From Histomonas meleagridis 2922-C6/04-290x (Eukaryota; Protista; Parabasalia), in the NCBI GenBank assembly GCA_020184695.1, contig JAANOX010000258.1:434001-498000 (forward strand): a stretch of DNA of 64,000 bases, given 5' to 3'. A program made the position numbers and the translations under genes. Below the pieces are notes generated by a model. That model worked only from the letters and a program-made list of their open reading frames with translations, made no database searches and was not told where the DNA came from. Of the stretch, positions 1-11,308 are shown in pieces; within the stretch, counting starts at the first letter, position 1; every line of letters starts with the position of its first letter.

Positions 1-3000
1 TGCTTTCTAATGAAGTTATTTTGTTACAAAATAAAAACATTGAAATTGGTATTCAAAGTCAAGAACTTGCACAACAATTAAAAGAAATTTCAAATTATAA
101 TTCAACACTTGGGATTGATTTATATCATTTAGATCAAGAACTAATTAATTTAGAAGAAAAACTTGAAGAAAAGCAATCACAAATTAAATCACTTGAAGAA
201 GAAGCAGATCAATTTACAAAGCAAGCAAATAATTGTAAAGAAGCACTTCTTTCAGATAGTGAATTTTCACCTTATTTGAAAAAACTTCGAAATTTCCAAA
301 AAATTCATTCGTCTTCTTCTTCAAGTCTTGAAAAACTGAAACACATTGTTGGGAAACCAAAGTTCTCAATGCTCGATTGCGCCCTTCATATTGTCCAAGA
401 GAAAGTTCAATTTCTTTACAATAGTAATTCAGATCTTCAACAACAAATTTCACTTCTTCTTGATTTACTTCACAATAAAAACATTTCTGACTTCGATCTT
501 GACATAAACATGATGCGTGAGCTTTCAATTCGTAAGTTTGGGTGGCTTGGCACTGATCACGTTTCGCATGCGCGCACACTTCCACATTCTTCATCACATA
601 ATATGAATATAAGTAACAAAAGTCAACAAAACACTTTTCAAATTAATTCTAATGAAAATTTAACACATTGCAATTCAACTTTAAATGATAAAATTAAAAC
701 GAATAAAAAAATAACTTCAAACGAAAGAAAGAACAGCGATGTTACAGATAAACAAATGAAATCACAACATAATAAAGAAACGAAACGAAATTATTCGAAA
801 ACATTTCCAAATGAAAATATACAAAATCGAAAACAAATTTATGAAAAAGAACTTACGAAAGAAAATAATAAACATAACGAAACATCCGAAACTAAACAGC
901 AAAATGTAACACATCGAACTTCTTCAACAAATAATTTCAGTTTACTTTACAAATGCAAAAAGAGTCGCGAAACAGGCGAAAAAGTTCTTTCGCGAAGAAG
1001 TCGCGTTCGTAATGAAGAAGGCGAAGAGTACGAATACGAGTACGGCTACGACGAGCTCTCAGACGGCGAAACAATACGAAGCAGAAGGCGCGTGCCTGTG
1101 CAAATGAATGAAATGGAACCAATTTATAGAAACGAATTTGAAGATGTAAATGATCGAAATTCGAATGAATTTGTTCGTGTTCGCATTGTTGAAAGTAGTA
1201 AAGGAATTACATACGAAGACACAGAAAGCGTTGACCCATTAACAGGAAAACGAATTATCACAAGACGCGAAATTGGAACAAATAATGAATATAAATATAA
1301 AGAAAAGAAAAAAGGAAACGAAACAGTTCTCATTCGACATAGTAAAGTTATGATTGATAGTGATAACGAACAGGAATATGAATATGAGTACGAGTACGAA
1401 AGTGATAATGAATATATACGTAGCAAACAGGCGATTAATTCATCAGATGAAGAAATCGAATCAATTAACAAAGATAAAAAACTAAAAAATATGAAACAAA
1501 ACAATGAAATTAAAAGTGAAAAAGCAAATAATCAAAATTCGAAAATCAGGAACATCAACGAAAGCGAAAGTGAATACAATGAATCAGAATCAAATGAAAC
1601 AAAACCAAAGCGAAAAGTTATGAATGCAAATAATGAAATGAGTGATTCTGAAGCAGTAAAATCAAAGTTACATAATGAAAACAGACAAAAATTTACATCA
1701 AAAAAAGGAAAACGAATTCATAGCGATGAAGAAATATTAAACGATAAAAATGCGAAAGAAAAATATAACGAAAATATAAATAATAAAAAGAAAATAAATT
1801 CAACAAAATTAAATAACAAAACAAAAATTACGAATAGAAATTCATCAGCAAGTGATTCAAGTGAAACAAAACACGAAATCAAATCTGAATCAGATGAAAA
1901 CAAAATCAGAAAAAATTCAACAAAAAGTATAAATGATCACAAATATGATAAAAATACACAAAAAGAATCAAAAGGAAATAGCAAAACAAAAATTTCAAAT
2001 AGAAATTCATCAGACAGTGATTCAAGTACAAAACGCGAATCTGAATCAGATGAAAAAAAAATTAGAAAAAATTCAACAAAAAGTATAAGTGATCACAAAT
2101 ATGATAAAAGTGTACAAAAAGAATCAAAAGAAAATAATAAATCAAAAATTATTAATCGAAATTCAACAGAAAGTGATTCAAACGAATTAAACCGCGAAAT
2201 TAAATCACATGAAAATAAAAACAGAAAAAATCCAAAAGAAAATGACAATAATAAATACAATAGAAATCAAATAAAGTCAACAAAAGAAAATAACAATACA
2301 AATGTTTCCAAGCAAATATCTTCAGACAGTAGTACTAATTCCAATGAAATAAATCGCAATTCACATAAAAACAGTAAACAAAATTCAAATCATAACAATA
2401 GTAGTAAACAAAACAGTAAAAAATTATCAAATTATGAAACAGTTCATAGCGAAGTATTACAAACAAATGACGATAAAAAATCCAACGAATTAGCAAATAA
2501 AAGCAAGCGAAACAATTTAAGCACAAAGCAAATTACTTCGAATGTTTCCACTGAGTATTCGTCTGATTCATCGGACGGCGAAGCATTTGTTCGCAGTAAG
2601 AATCAGTCACTTTCGCAGTTAATACCAAAACTTCGCGAAGAAAAAGAGCAAATCAGCAAAGAAGAACTTATAAGTCAACTTTCGCAAGTGCAGAAGCAAA
2701 CGAATGAGCGCATGAAAATGTACAAAGAGCTCAAACAGCGCAACGAAACACTTCGTAATAATATCCAGCATCCGAATTCGCATGTAACACTTCAAATGTC
2801 GAAAGTTTTCCGCACGACAATTTCTGCAGTTCCAAATCCGATTGAAGTCTTCAAACTCAAACAATACAATTACAGTAATTCATCAACGCAAACAGAAGTC
2901 ACAGGCGAAACAATTCGTTATCAGCAAACGCTTATTCACGATCAAGAAGCAGAACGCGTTCATGCAGAAGAACTTCGCACGTCAGTCAATGCCATGCACT

Positions 3001-3734
3001 CAGACATTGTGTCACTCCATAAACAAATTGAAGAAACGCAACATGAAAACGAACGTAAAAGTGAACGAATAACACTTCTTCGTACTGAAATTGGAAATGT
3101 TGCGAAAGAGCTTCGGAAAGAAGATTATGCAGAGCGCCGCGAGAAAGAAGTTACGAACGAATGTGAGAACAAAGTTAAAGAAATGAACGAACGCATTCGC
3201 ATGAAGCAAATGGAACTCGACAAAGTTAATGCGAAGCGCGACAACGTCAGGCGGCAGCTCGCGAGCATGAAAAACATGAAAAACGAAACGGAGCTTCAGC
3301 TGAGCGATGCGCGGAACAGATATCGTCCTGAAGTGATGCAGCTCATCGAAGATGTTAAAGTTTGCAGAAGCAAAAACGAAATAACGAACGCGAACGCGAT
3401 GACAATGAAGAAGTCACTCGACGCCAAACGAAGGAAATTACGCAAAATACAAAATTCAGAAATATCGACGAAATATAAATCGATGGTTATGGATAAAATG
3501 AATTTGGAGCGAAGAGTTCAGAAGTGGAAAGAACTCGCGAAGGAAACAGAGAGCGCACTGCAGAGCGCAGAAGTGTTCAGCGCACAAAACGCAAGCAAAA
3601 GACAAAACATCGCAAACGAACTGAAAGAAAAAATGAAAACTTCGATCGAAAGAGAAGAAGAAGTGAACGAACTCGAAACATACAGTGATATGTTGGAGAC
3701 AATGATACGCGAGCACCAACAAAATTGGACTTGA
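1..3734 (+). CDS. Large low-complexity (N/K/S/E-rich) coiled-coil protein, 5'-truncated by the window edge; cytoskeletal-like, function unknown
   Basis: 1237-aa open frame with coiled-coil N- and C-terminal regions, two EYEYEY motifs and ~3 imperfect internal repeats. The inverted copy at 43146 supplies the missing N-terminus MENVNSSDST. Confidence 0.8.
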   Translation, partial: LSNEVILLQNKNIEIGIQSQELAQQLKEISNYNSTLGIDLYHLDQELINLEEKLEEKQSQIKSLEEEADQFTKQANNCKEALLSDSEFSPYLKKLRNFQKIHSSSSSSLEKLKHIVGKPKFSMLDCALHIVQEKVQFLYNSNSDLQQQISLLLDLLHNKNISDFDLDINMMRELSIRKFGWLGTDHVSHARTLPHSSSHNMNISNKSQQNTFQINSNENLTHCNSTLNDKIKTNKKITSNERKNSDVTDKQMKSQHNKETKRNYSKTFPNENIQNRKQIYEKELTKENNKHNETSETKQQNVTHRTSSTNNFSLLYKCKKSRETGEKVLSRRSRVRNEEGEEYEYEYGYDELSDGETIRSRRRVPVQMNEMEPIYRNEFEDVNDRNSNEFVRVRIVESSKGITYEDTESVDPLTGKRIITRREIGTNNEYKYKEKKKGNETVLIRHSKVMIDSDNEQEYEYEYEYESDNEYIRSKQAINSSDEEIESINKDKKLKNMKQNNEIKSEKANNQNSKIRNINESESEYNESESNETKPKRKVMNANNEMSDSEAVKSKLHNENRQKFTSKKGKRIHSDEEILNDKNAKEKYNENINNKKKINSTKLNNKTKITNRNSSASDSSETKHEIKSESDENKIRKNSTKSINDHKYDKNTQKESKGNSKTKISNRNSSDSDSSTKRESESDEKKIRKNSTKSISDHKYDKSVQKESKENNKSKIINRNSTESDSNELNREIKSHENKNRKNPKENDNNKYNRNQIKSTKENNNTNVSKQISSDSSTNSNEINRNSHKNSKQNSNHNNSSKQNSKKLSNYETVHSEVLQTNDDKKSNELANKSKRNNLSTKQITSNVSTEYSSDSSDGEAFVRSKNQSLSQLIPKLREEKEQISKEELISQLSQVQKQTNERMKMYKELKQRNETLRNNIQHPNSHVTLQMSKVFRTTISAVPNPIEVFKLKQYNYSNSSTQTEVTGETIRYQQTLIHDQEAERVHAEELRTSVNAMHSDIVSLHKQIEETQHENERKSERITLLRTEIGNVAKELRKEDYAERREKEVTNECENKVKEMNERIRMKQMELDKVNAKRDNVRRQLASMKNMKNETELQLSDARNRYRPEVMQLIEDVKVCRSKNEITNANAMTMKKSLDAKRRKLRKIQNSEISTKYKSMVMDKMNLERRVQKWKELAKETESALQSAEVFSAQNASKRQNIANELKEKMKTSIEREEEVNELETYSDMLETMIREHQQNWT

Positions 3735-4109
3735 ACAATGTAACATGAAATAAATTGTATCAATTAGATTTAATTTGTAAATTTTTAAATCAAAAATAAC
3801 TTTAAACTTGTGATAACTCAGTTAGACAATTAAACTTAAAGTAATTAAACAGAGAAAAACATTTTTTAAAGAAAAAGAAACAAAAAATTGTATTGAAGAT
3901 TTAAAATTAATAAAAATTTTTGAGAACTTAATTGTAGAAATCACGAATGAAATCCAGCCATGAGTTCTCATTGTGTTAGCTGTTTATGACACCTGTGTTC
4001 ACGAAAACAAAAGCTTATCACCAGCCAATTGCCACTTTTTGCTTCAACTAAAGCTAGTCAAAATTAAACGGATTTTTATGGAGACCGTTTACACTCAAGT
4101 GAAGCAAAC

Positions 4110-4117
4110 TACGGTTA
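4110..4117 (+). promoter_or_regulatory. M3-like trichomonad core promoter motif upstream of RUVBL1
   Basis: TACGGTTA fits the Trichomonas M3 consensus [AGT][AG]C[GC]GTT[TAG] as recalled; 19 nt before the ATG at 4137. Confidence 0.4.
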
Positions 4118-4136
4118 TGACATTCGACCACTTATT

Positions 4137-5524
<1,388 letters not shown>

Positions 5525-5532
5525 AGAATTTT

Positions 5533-6669
5533 TTATAATAAATTACAGCACTTTGACGACAAATTATTCGATTTCTCTCTTTGTCGTTGATGTCATTTAT
5601 CATTTCGTCGTTCATATTAATTCCAATGATAATATGTTCTGAACCAGACGAAATATAACATACGTTTTTGTCTTTCGTAAGTTGACATGCATGAAATTCA
5701 TTATAATTATTATCATCTTCTTGAAGTAATTTATAATCTTCCCCATTTCCACTAGAAAATAATTCCCCTTTGTTAGTTAATACATAATTCATATAACGTC
5801 CACCACAAATTTGAACAATTTTATTATGTGTAAATTGTTTCAATTTAATAAAATTCGATGTTTTTTCTATTTCGCCAAGTCCTCCCATTCCATCATCATT
5901 ATAACCTGTGACCCAAATAAAATTATTTTCATCAACTAGAAATGTATTATATGTCGATGCAAATACACGTGAAATTTTAACATCTTCTGTTAAGTTGACT
6001 TTAGTTGGAAGTGAACTATAAAAATCATCGCCTTGTCCACATGCATTACCTTCGCCCCACGTATAAACTTCTCCTTCATTAGTAAGTGAGACAAAATGAC
6101 TCATTCCAACTCCACAATCTATAAATTTAATAGTAGGACATGCAAATTGAATATTTTGATCTCCATCAATACAATAATAAATACCTAAACCTTCTGGAAT
6201 TGCTATTAATGAATTCCATCCTCCTGAAACAAAACGTAATTTTTGATTTATAGGAAGTTTTTGTAGGTTCTGTTGAATATGTTTCACCCATAACATATAA
6301 TGAACCATCTAAAGTTATAATGGCTGAATAATTTGAACCACAAACAAAATATTTTGCTTCAAATCCTTCAAGTCCTTTTAAGTTCTGTTAATTCTTTCAA
6401 ATCTTTACCACTTGATTCACATAATTCGCCACATTCATTACTACCACAACCATACCAAATTTTTAGATTTTCGTGTAAAAAAGGTTATGACATATCCCAC
6501 TTGAAAACATAATTATATCTTTTGGTGCATTTGGAATTTCAGCTAGCATTTCTGAACCAGGTCGACATAAACGATAATTATCTGTATTTCCAGCGCTTAA
6601 AATTGTGCACATGAAAAATATTTGTACGTTTATTCGAAACAGGGTGCCCCATGTCACTTCACTTTTCAT
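5533..6669 (-). CDS. RCC1/BLIP-II repeat protein, copy 1 (frameshifted relative to copy 2)
   Basis: RCC1-type motifs SHFVSLTNEGEVYTWGEG, IWVTGYNDDGMGGLG and YVLTNKGELFSSGNG; inverted copy of 36422-37555. Confidence 0.8.
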
Positions 6670-6958
6670 CAATCATTTGAAGTTTCTCAAAGTTTGAAAT
6701 TGCTTTGACAATAATTGAATTTTTTTTTCAGTTCCCTTAAAGTGCATTTCCTATTTCTTTAACAGAATTTGTTGGCATTGAATTTACTTCATATTACAGT
6801 AAAACTAAATGGAATAATGTTCAATGGTTTATTATGAAAGTATGATTATCGTTTCTTTGAAATTTTAAAAGCATCCTGTATTTTTATGTGGATTTTGATC
6901 GGTATTCTTAACCTCCGTCAATTTTTGTATAATCAATATAAACGGTCGATGACTCAAA

Positions 6959-6966
6959 AACGGTTA
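6959..6966 (+). promoter_or_regulatory. M3-like motif upstream of the ankyrin gene
   Basis: AACGGTTA immediately before ATG 6968 and 19 nt before ATG 6986. Confidence 0.4.
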
Positions 6967-6967
6967 T

Positions 6968-9487
6968 ATGGTTTATTTTTTTCAAATGGAATTATCCAAT
7001 AAAAAACAATATGAAGAGAATCAAAATATTTATCAATCGGTAGAACATATAATATCAAAATTAAATTATGAAAATATTGAAAAGTTAGTTATTTCAACTC
7101 TTGAATTTTTTGATGAAAACTTTCCTAATTCTTTTCATCTTCTGATTTATCAAATAATATTTTCACACTGTTTTCTACCTAAGCGAGATCCATGCTTGTA
7201 TATAAATTATTTAAAAAATCTTGAAACAAAAGAAGAGGAATTATTAAAAAATAAATATCAAATTATCAAAGGATTCAAAGAATTTCTTCTTATAGAAAAC
7301 TCTTATTCACAAGAATCATACTACATTTTAGAAAAAATGATTGAAGATAAATTAATTGATTCAAACTTTCCAAAAAATACATTATATTTTGCTCACTTTA
7401 TGACAAAAGATGAAATTTATCATTACACAAATTTAGATATTGCTTCACAGTTTTTTCAAAATTATGAAGAACTTACAAAGAATGATTTTAAACTTCATAA
7501 GAAATATGTTAAAGAAGGAGTCAATCCGAATGAAATTGCAAAAATCATTCGAAATGATGAAATAGAAAAACTTCAAGAAATATCATCACAATCAAATTTT
7601 GATTTTAATCAAATAATTGAACCATCACTTTATGAAAGATGTGATTTTATTAATCAAAGAAATGTTTCATTAATTGATTATGCAGCATTTTTTTCTTCTA
7701 TAAAATGTTTTAAATATTTACTTGTGAATGGTGCAAAAGTAGAAAACACAGGTAAATATGCAGTTGCAGGTGGAAATGAAGAAATTATTCATTTATGTGA
7801 ACAAAATCATTCAACATTTGAAGATGCATATGAAACAGCAATTGAATTCCATAGAAATGATATCTTTGAATATCTTTATGAAAATAAAATTATTAAAATT
7901 GATGATATCGAAGAATTGGGAAAGAAAGCAATTTGTTTTTGTAATTTTGAGATACTATCGCTTTTAGAATACAAAGGGATGAAAATAACTGATAATATCA
8001 TTAAAGAAGCAGCATCATATGGAAATATTTTTCTTGTTAAATTTTTTTTGAAGAAAAATCAAATACCAAAAGATATTTTGCTTTCTGTAATAACATTTAA
8101 TTATGTAGAACTTGTTGAATTTTTAATAAAACAAAAAGGAATCGATATTAATGCTAAAGATATTTATTTGTTTTATTTAATATTTATTTAAAAAATTTTA
8201 TATTTCAAAATCATAATTGAAAATTGTTTAAATTATTTAATACAGCACTTATATGGGCATCTTCGAATGGTCATACAGAAACAGTTAAATTACTTCTTGA
8301 ACATGAAGGTATTGATATTAATGCTAAAGATAAAATTTATTTTAATAATTTGATATTTCAAAATAATATTTGGAAATTATTTAAATTATTTAAAACAGCA
8401 CTCATGTATGCAACTAAATATAATTATATAGAAATAGTGAAATTACTTCTTGAACAAAAAGGAATTGATATTAATGATAAAACTATTTATTTGTTTTATT
8501 TTGTGTTTGTTTTAATTATTTGATATTTCAAAATAATTTTTGGGAATTATTTAAGTTATTTTATACAGCACTTATTTTAGCGTCTTCAAATGGTCATATA
8601 GAAATAGTTCAATTACTTCTTAAACAAGAAGGTATTGATATTAATGCTAAAGATATTTATTTATTTTATTTAGAATTTATTTTAATGATTTTATATTTTA
8701 AAATAATAATTGAAAATTGTTTAAATTATTTAATACAGCACTTATTTGGGCATCTGAAAATGGTCATACAGAAATAGTTAAATTACTTCTTAAACAAGAA
8801 GGAATTGATATCAATGCTAAAGATATTTGTTTGTTTTATTTTGGGTTTATTTTAATGATTTTGGATATAAAAATAAAATTTGGGAATTATTTAAATTATT
8901 TGAAACAGCACTTAATAAAGCATCTTCAAAAGGTCATACAGAAATAGTTAAATTACTTCTTAAACAAGAAGGTATTGATATCAATGCTAAAGATATTTAT
9001 TTGTTACATTTTATACTTGTTTTAATAATTTCGTATTTTAAAATAAAATTTGGAAATTATTTAAATTATTTGAAACAACACTTAATAAAGCATCTTATAA
9101 TGGTAATCTGGAAATAGTTAAATTACTTCTTGAGCAAAAAGAAATTGATATTAATGCTAAAGATATTTATTTGTTTTATTTAATATTTGTTTTAATGATT
9201 TTATATTTCAAAACAATAATTGAAAATTGTTTAAATTATTTAATACAGCACTTATAACAGCATCAAAAAATGGTCATACAGAAATAGTTAAATTACTTCT
9301 TGAACAAGAAGGAATTGAGATTAATGCTAAAGATAAAATTTATTTTAATAATTTGGAAATTCAAAATAATATTTGGAAATTATTTAAATCATTTAATACA
9401 GCAATCATTGCAGCATCAACAAATGGTCACACAGAAGTAGTTAAATTACTAAATGAAAAAGGCGCTATTACAGAGGAGTTTGAATAA
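6968..9487 (+). CDS. DUF3447-type ankyrin-repeat protein; 8 C-terminal ankyrin modules each preceded by an 80- or 63-nt intervening sequence
   Basis: ORF 6968-8191 has trichomonad DUF3447-like motifs (SLIDYAAFFSSIKCFKYL, KYAVAGGNEEIIHLCEQ, TAIEFHRNDIFEYL). Eight intact modules of the TALxxAS.NGHxEIVKLLL.QxGIDINAKD type follow, ending at TAA 9485-9487. Confidence 0.8.
8162..9487 (+). repeat. Tandem array of 90-nt ankyrin module plus 80-nt (x6) or 63-nt (x2) A/T-rich spacer; period 170 or 153 nt
   Basis: Spacers counted by hand: 8162-8241, 8332-8394 (63), 8485-8564, 8655-8734, 8825-8904, 8995-9074, 9165-9244, 9335-9397 (63). Every module between them is exactly 90 nt. Confidence 0.93.
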
Positions 9488-9722
9488 GACATCCAATTTT
9501 TCTAATAAATTGATTTTTGGTTCAGTAATTGCTCTGAGTACGTTTATTCTTGGTGCACTTCGATCGGTTTTAATAGAATCACGTTCAAAAAGTGAAACTG
9601 ACACCACCGATTTTTTCCACCAGTTTACACCCAGTAATAATTGAAATGAGAGTTAGTATATAAACCAACATAAAACAATTCAAAAGTAAAAACTTATATA
9701 TATTTAAAATATATATTAATAT

Positions 9723-11210
9723 TTATTCAAACATTAAATCTGCGAAATGATCTGGAATAGAAAATTTAGGAGGTTTAAACATAATATTATCTGATATATT
9801 ATTATTTAATTCAATATTTTTAGCTTTAGCAAATGATTCGATCTTTTCATAATTAATTTCTTCTCGAAAGTTTTCATCTGGTCGAATTAAACAATAAAGA
9901 AAATAAATAAATGTCGCTGGAACTAATGGGACAAGTTCTTCCGCTTTGTTGAAATCATTTAATATCGTCTCATGTGCTAAAACTGTTAATAATACTTGTT
10001 GAAAACGTGAAAATTCTTCTTGAATTTGTTGTGAAAGTATTGATATCAAAGAATTCGCTTTTAAGATTTCACTAAATGTATTAAATCGATTTTCTGTAAG
10101 AATTAAATTAGATAATAAACAATCAAAATTACAAATAATACATTCCCAAAGAAATTGGAGTGATGGAAATTTATATTCATTCTTAATCTTTTTAATACTT
10201 AAAATTATTCGTTGAAATTCTTGTGTTTTTGGTTGGATTTTAAACATTTCAAGAAAAAGTTCTTTTATTTTATTAACAATATAATTACTATAAATTTCAA
10301 TCGATTCTTGACAAAGATTTTCAATTCGTTTTAATATATTATTATCTATTTTATTATATAATCGTTGATAAAATGTAATAATAGAAATACAAAAAAATAT
10401 AAACTGTTTTCTTCTGTTTGATTACTATAACAAATATCTTGAAGAATCGTAAATATTTTATTAATTTCGTATTCACCTCGTTGAAAAATACCTTTTTTAA
10501 GAATTTCTTCTCCTAAAAGATAACCTGGTCGTCCAATAGATGATGTCGTGATATCATAAAAATGTTGAAAAAGAATTTCTTCAATTTCTGGATCTTCTGA
10601 TGTTTGTGATAATATAGAAATAACTTCTTGTTTAATATTCTCTTCATAATTATTCTCTTCTTGATTCCCTTCTTCAATAGGTTTCTCAATAAGTTCTAAA
10701 AGATGATTTTTCTTCTTCTTCTTTTTCTTCTTGATTTTCTTTAATTTCTTGTGATTTTGTGATTGAAAAAGTTGTTAATTCTTTCGGTACTTCTTCCGTC
10801 TTAAAATAAATACCAAGAGAAAAACGAAAAATTGGTTTCCGTTTCATTTTCGCTAAAATTTCGTCTGTTTCAATTTCCATCTTAGAAATATGATAATATT
10901 TATCAAGATTAATACGAAATGACCCAAATTGTCGTCGATCTCCTTCTTGTAAAACTCGGTACATTTTAAATTGAAGTGTTTTATTTTCCATTTTATCTTC
11001 ATGTTTTTGAATTTTAATATTTATTGGTAATCGAATTTTACGATTAATAATAAAAATATCTCCCGTTCTTGTCGTTGGAATGCTTCGTCGTTTTTTCCGA
11101 AATATTATTTCAATTTCAACTTCATTACCTTCTGGTAGATGTGCTGTTAATGTCTCTAAATAACCATAAACATAACCTGGGATTTTTTCTTGATTTTCTT
11201 CTTCTTCCAT
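9723..11210 (-). CDS. Putative NT-type C2 (EEIG1/EHBP1-like) domain protein, copy 1 (frameshifted)
   Basis: N-terminal beta-rich segment ending KTLQFKMYRVLQEGDRRQFGSFRINLDKY resembles NT-C2; helical C-terminal half. ORF pieces 10686-11210 and 9723-10247. Domain call is by eye. Confidence 0.5.
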
Positions 11211-11308
11211 ATTCTTAATGATGATTTAGGCAATAATATTTTATTTCAAAAATATTTGACATTTATGCTTTTTTTAACGTACTTTAATAATTTTTTTTTT
11301 TTAATTAA

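Noticed and set aside
8189-8191. Stop-codon reassignment (alternative genetic code)
   Set aside because: ORFs of 1200-1470 aa (Vps8-like, CAND1-like, M60-like) have no in-frame TAA/TAG/TGA and end at standard stops; read-through would also not fix the 2-nt phase offset.
8160-8243. U12-type AT-AC intron (AT at the spacer start or in GAT, AC of ACA)
   Set aside because: Both pairings leave the downstream module out of frame, and the ATATCCTT donor and TCCTTAAC branch consensus are absent.
8146-8245. Canonical GT-AG intron explanation for the ankyrin spacers
   Set aside because: The only in-frame donor is the GT of GGT-ATT, present in only some repeats (others read GGA), and using it would delete the conserved GIDINAKD. 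GTs within the spacers are not conserved and do not restore frame with ACAG.
8162-9487. CRISPR-like repeat-spacer array
   Set aside because: The constant part is a 90-nt protein-coding module, the spacers are homologous to each other, the context is eukaryotic and no cas genes are present.
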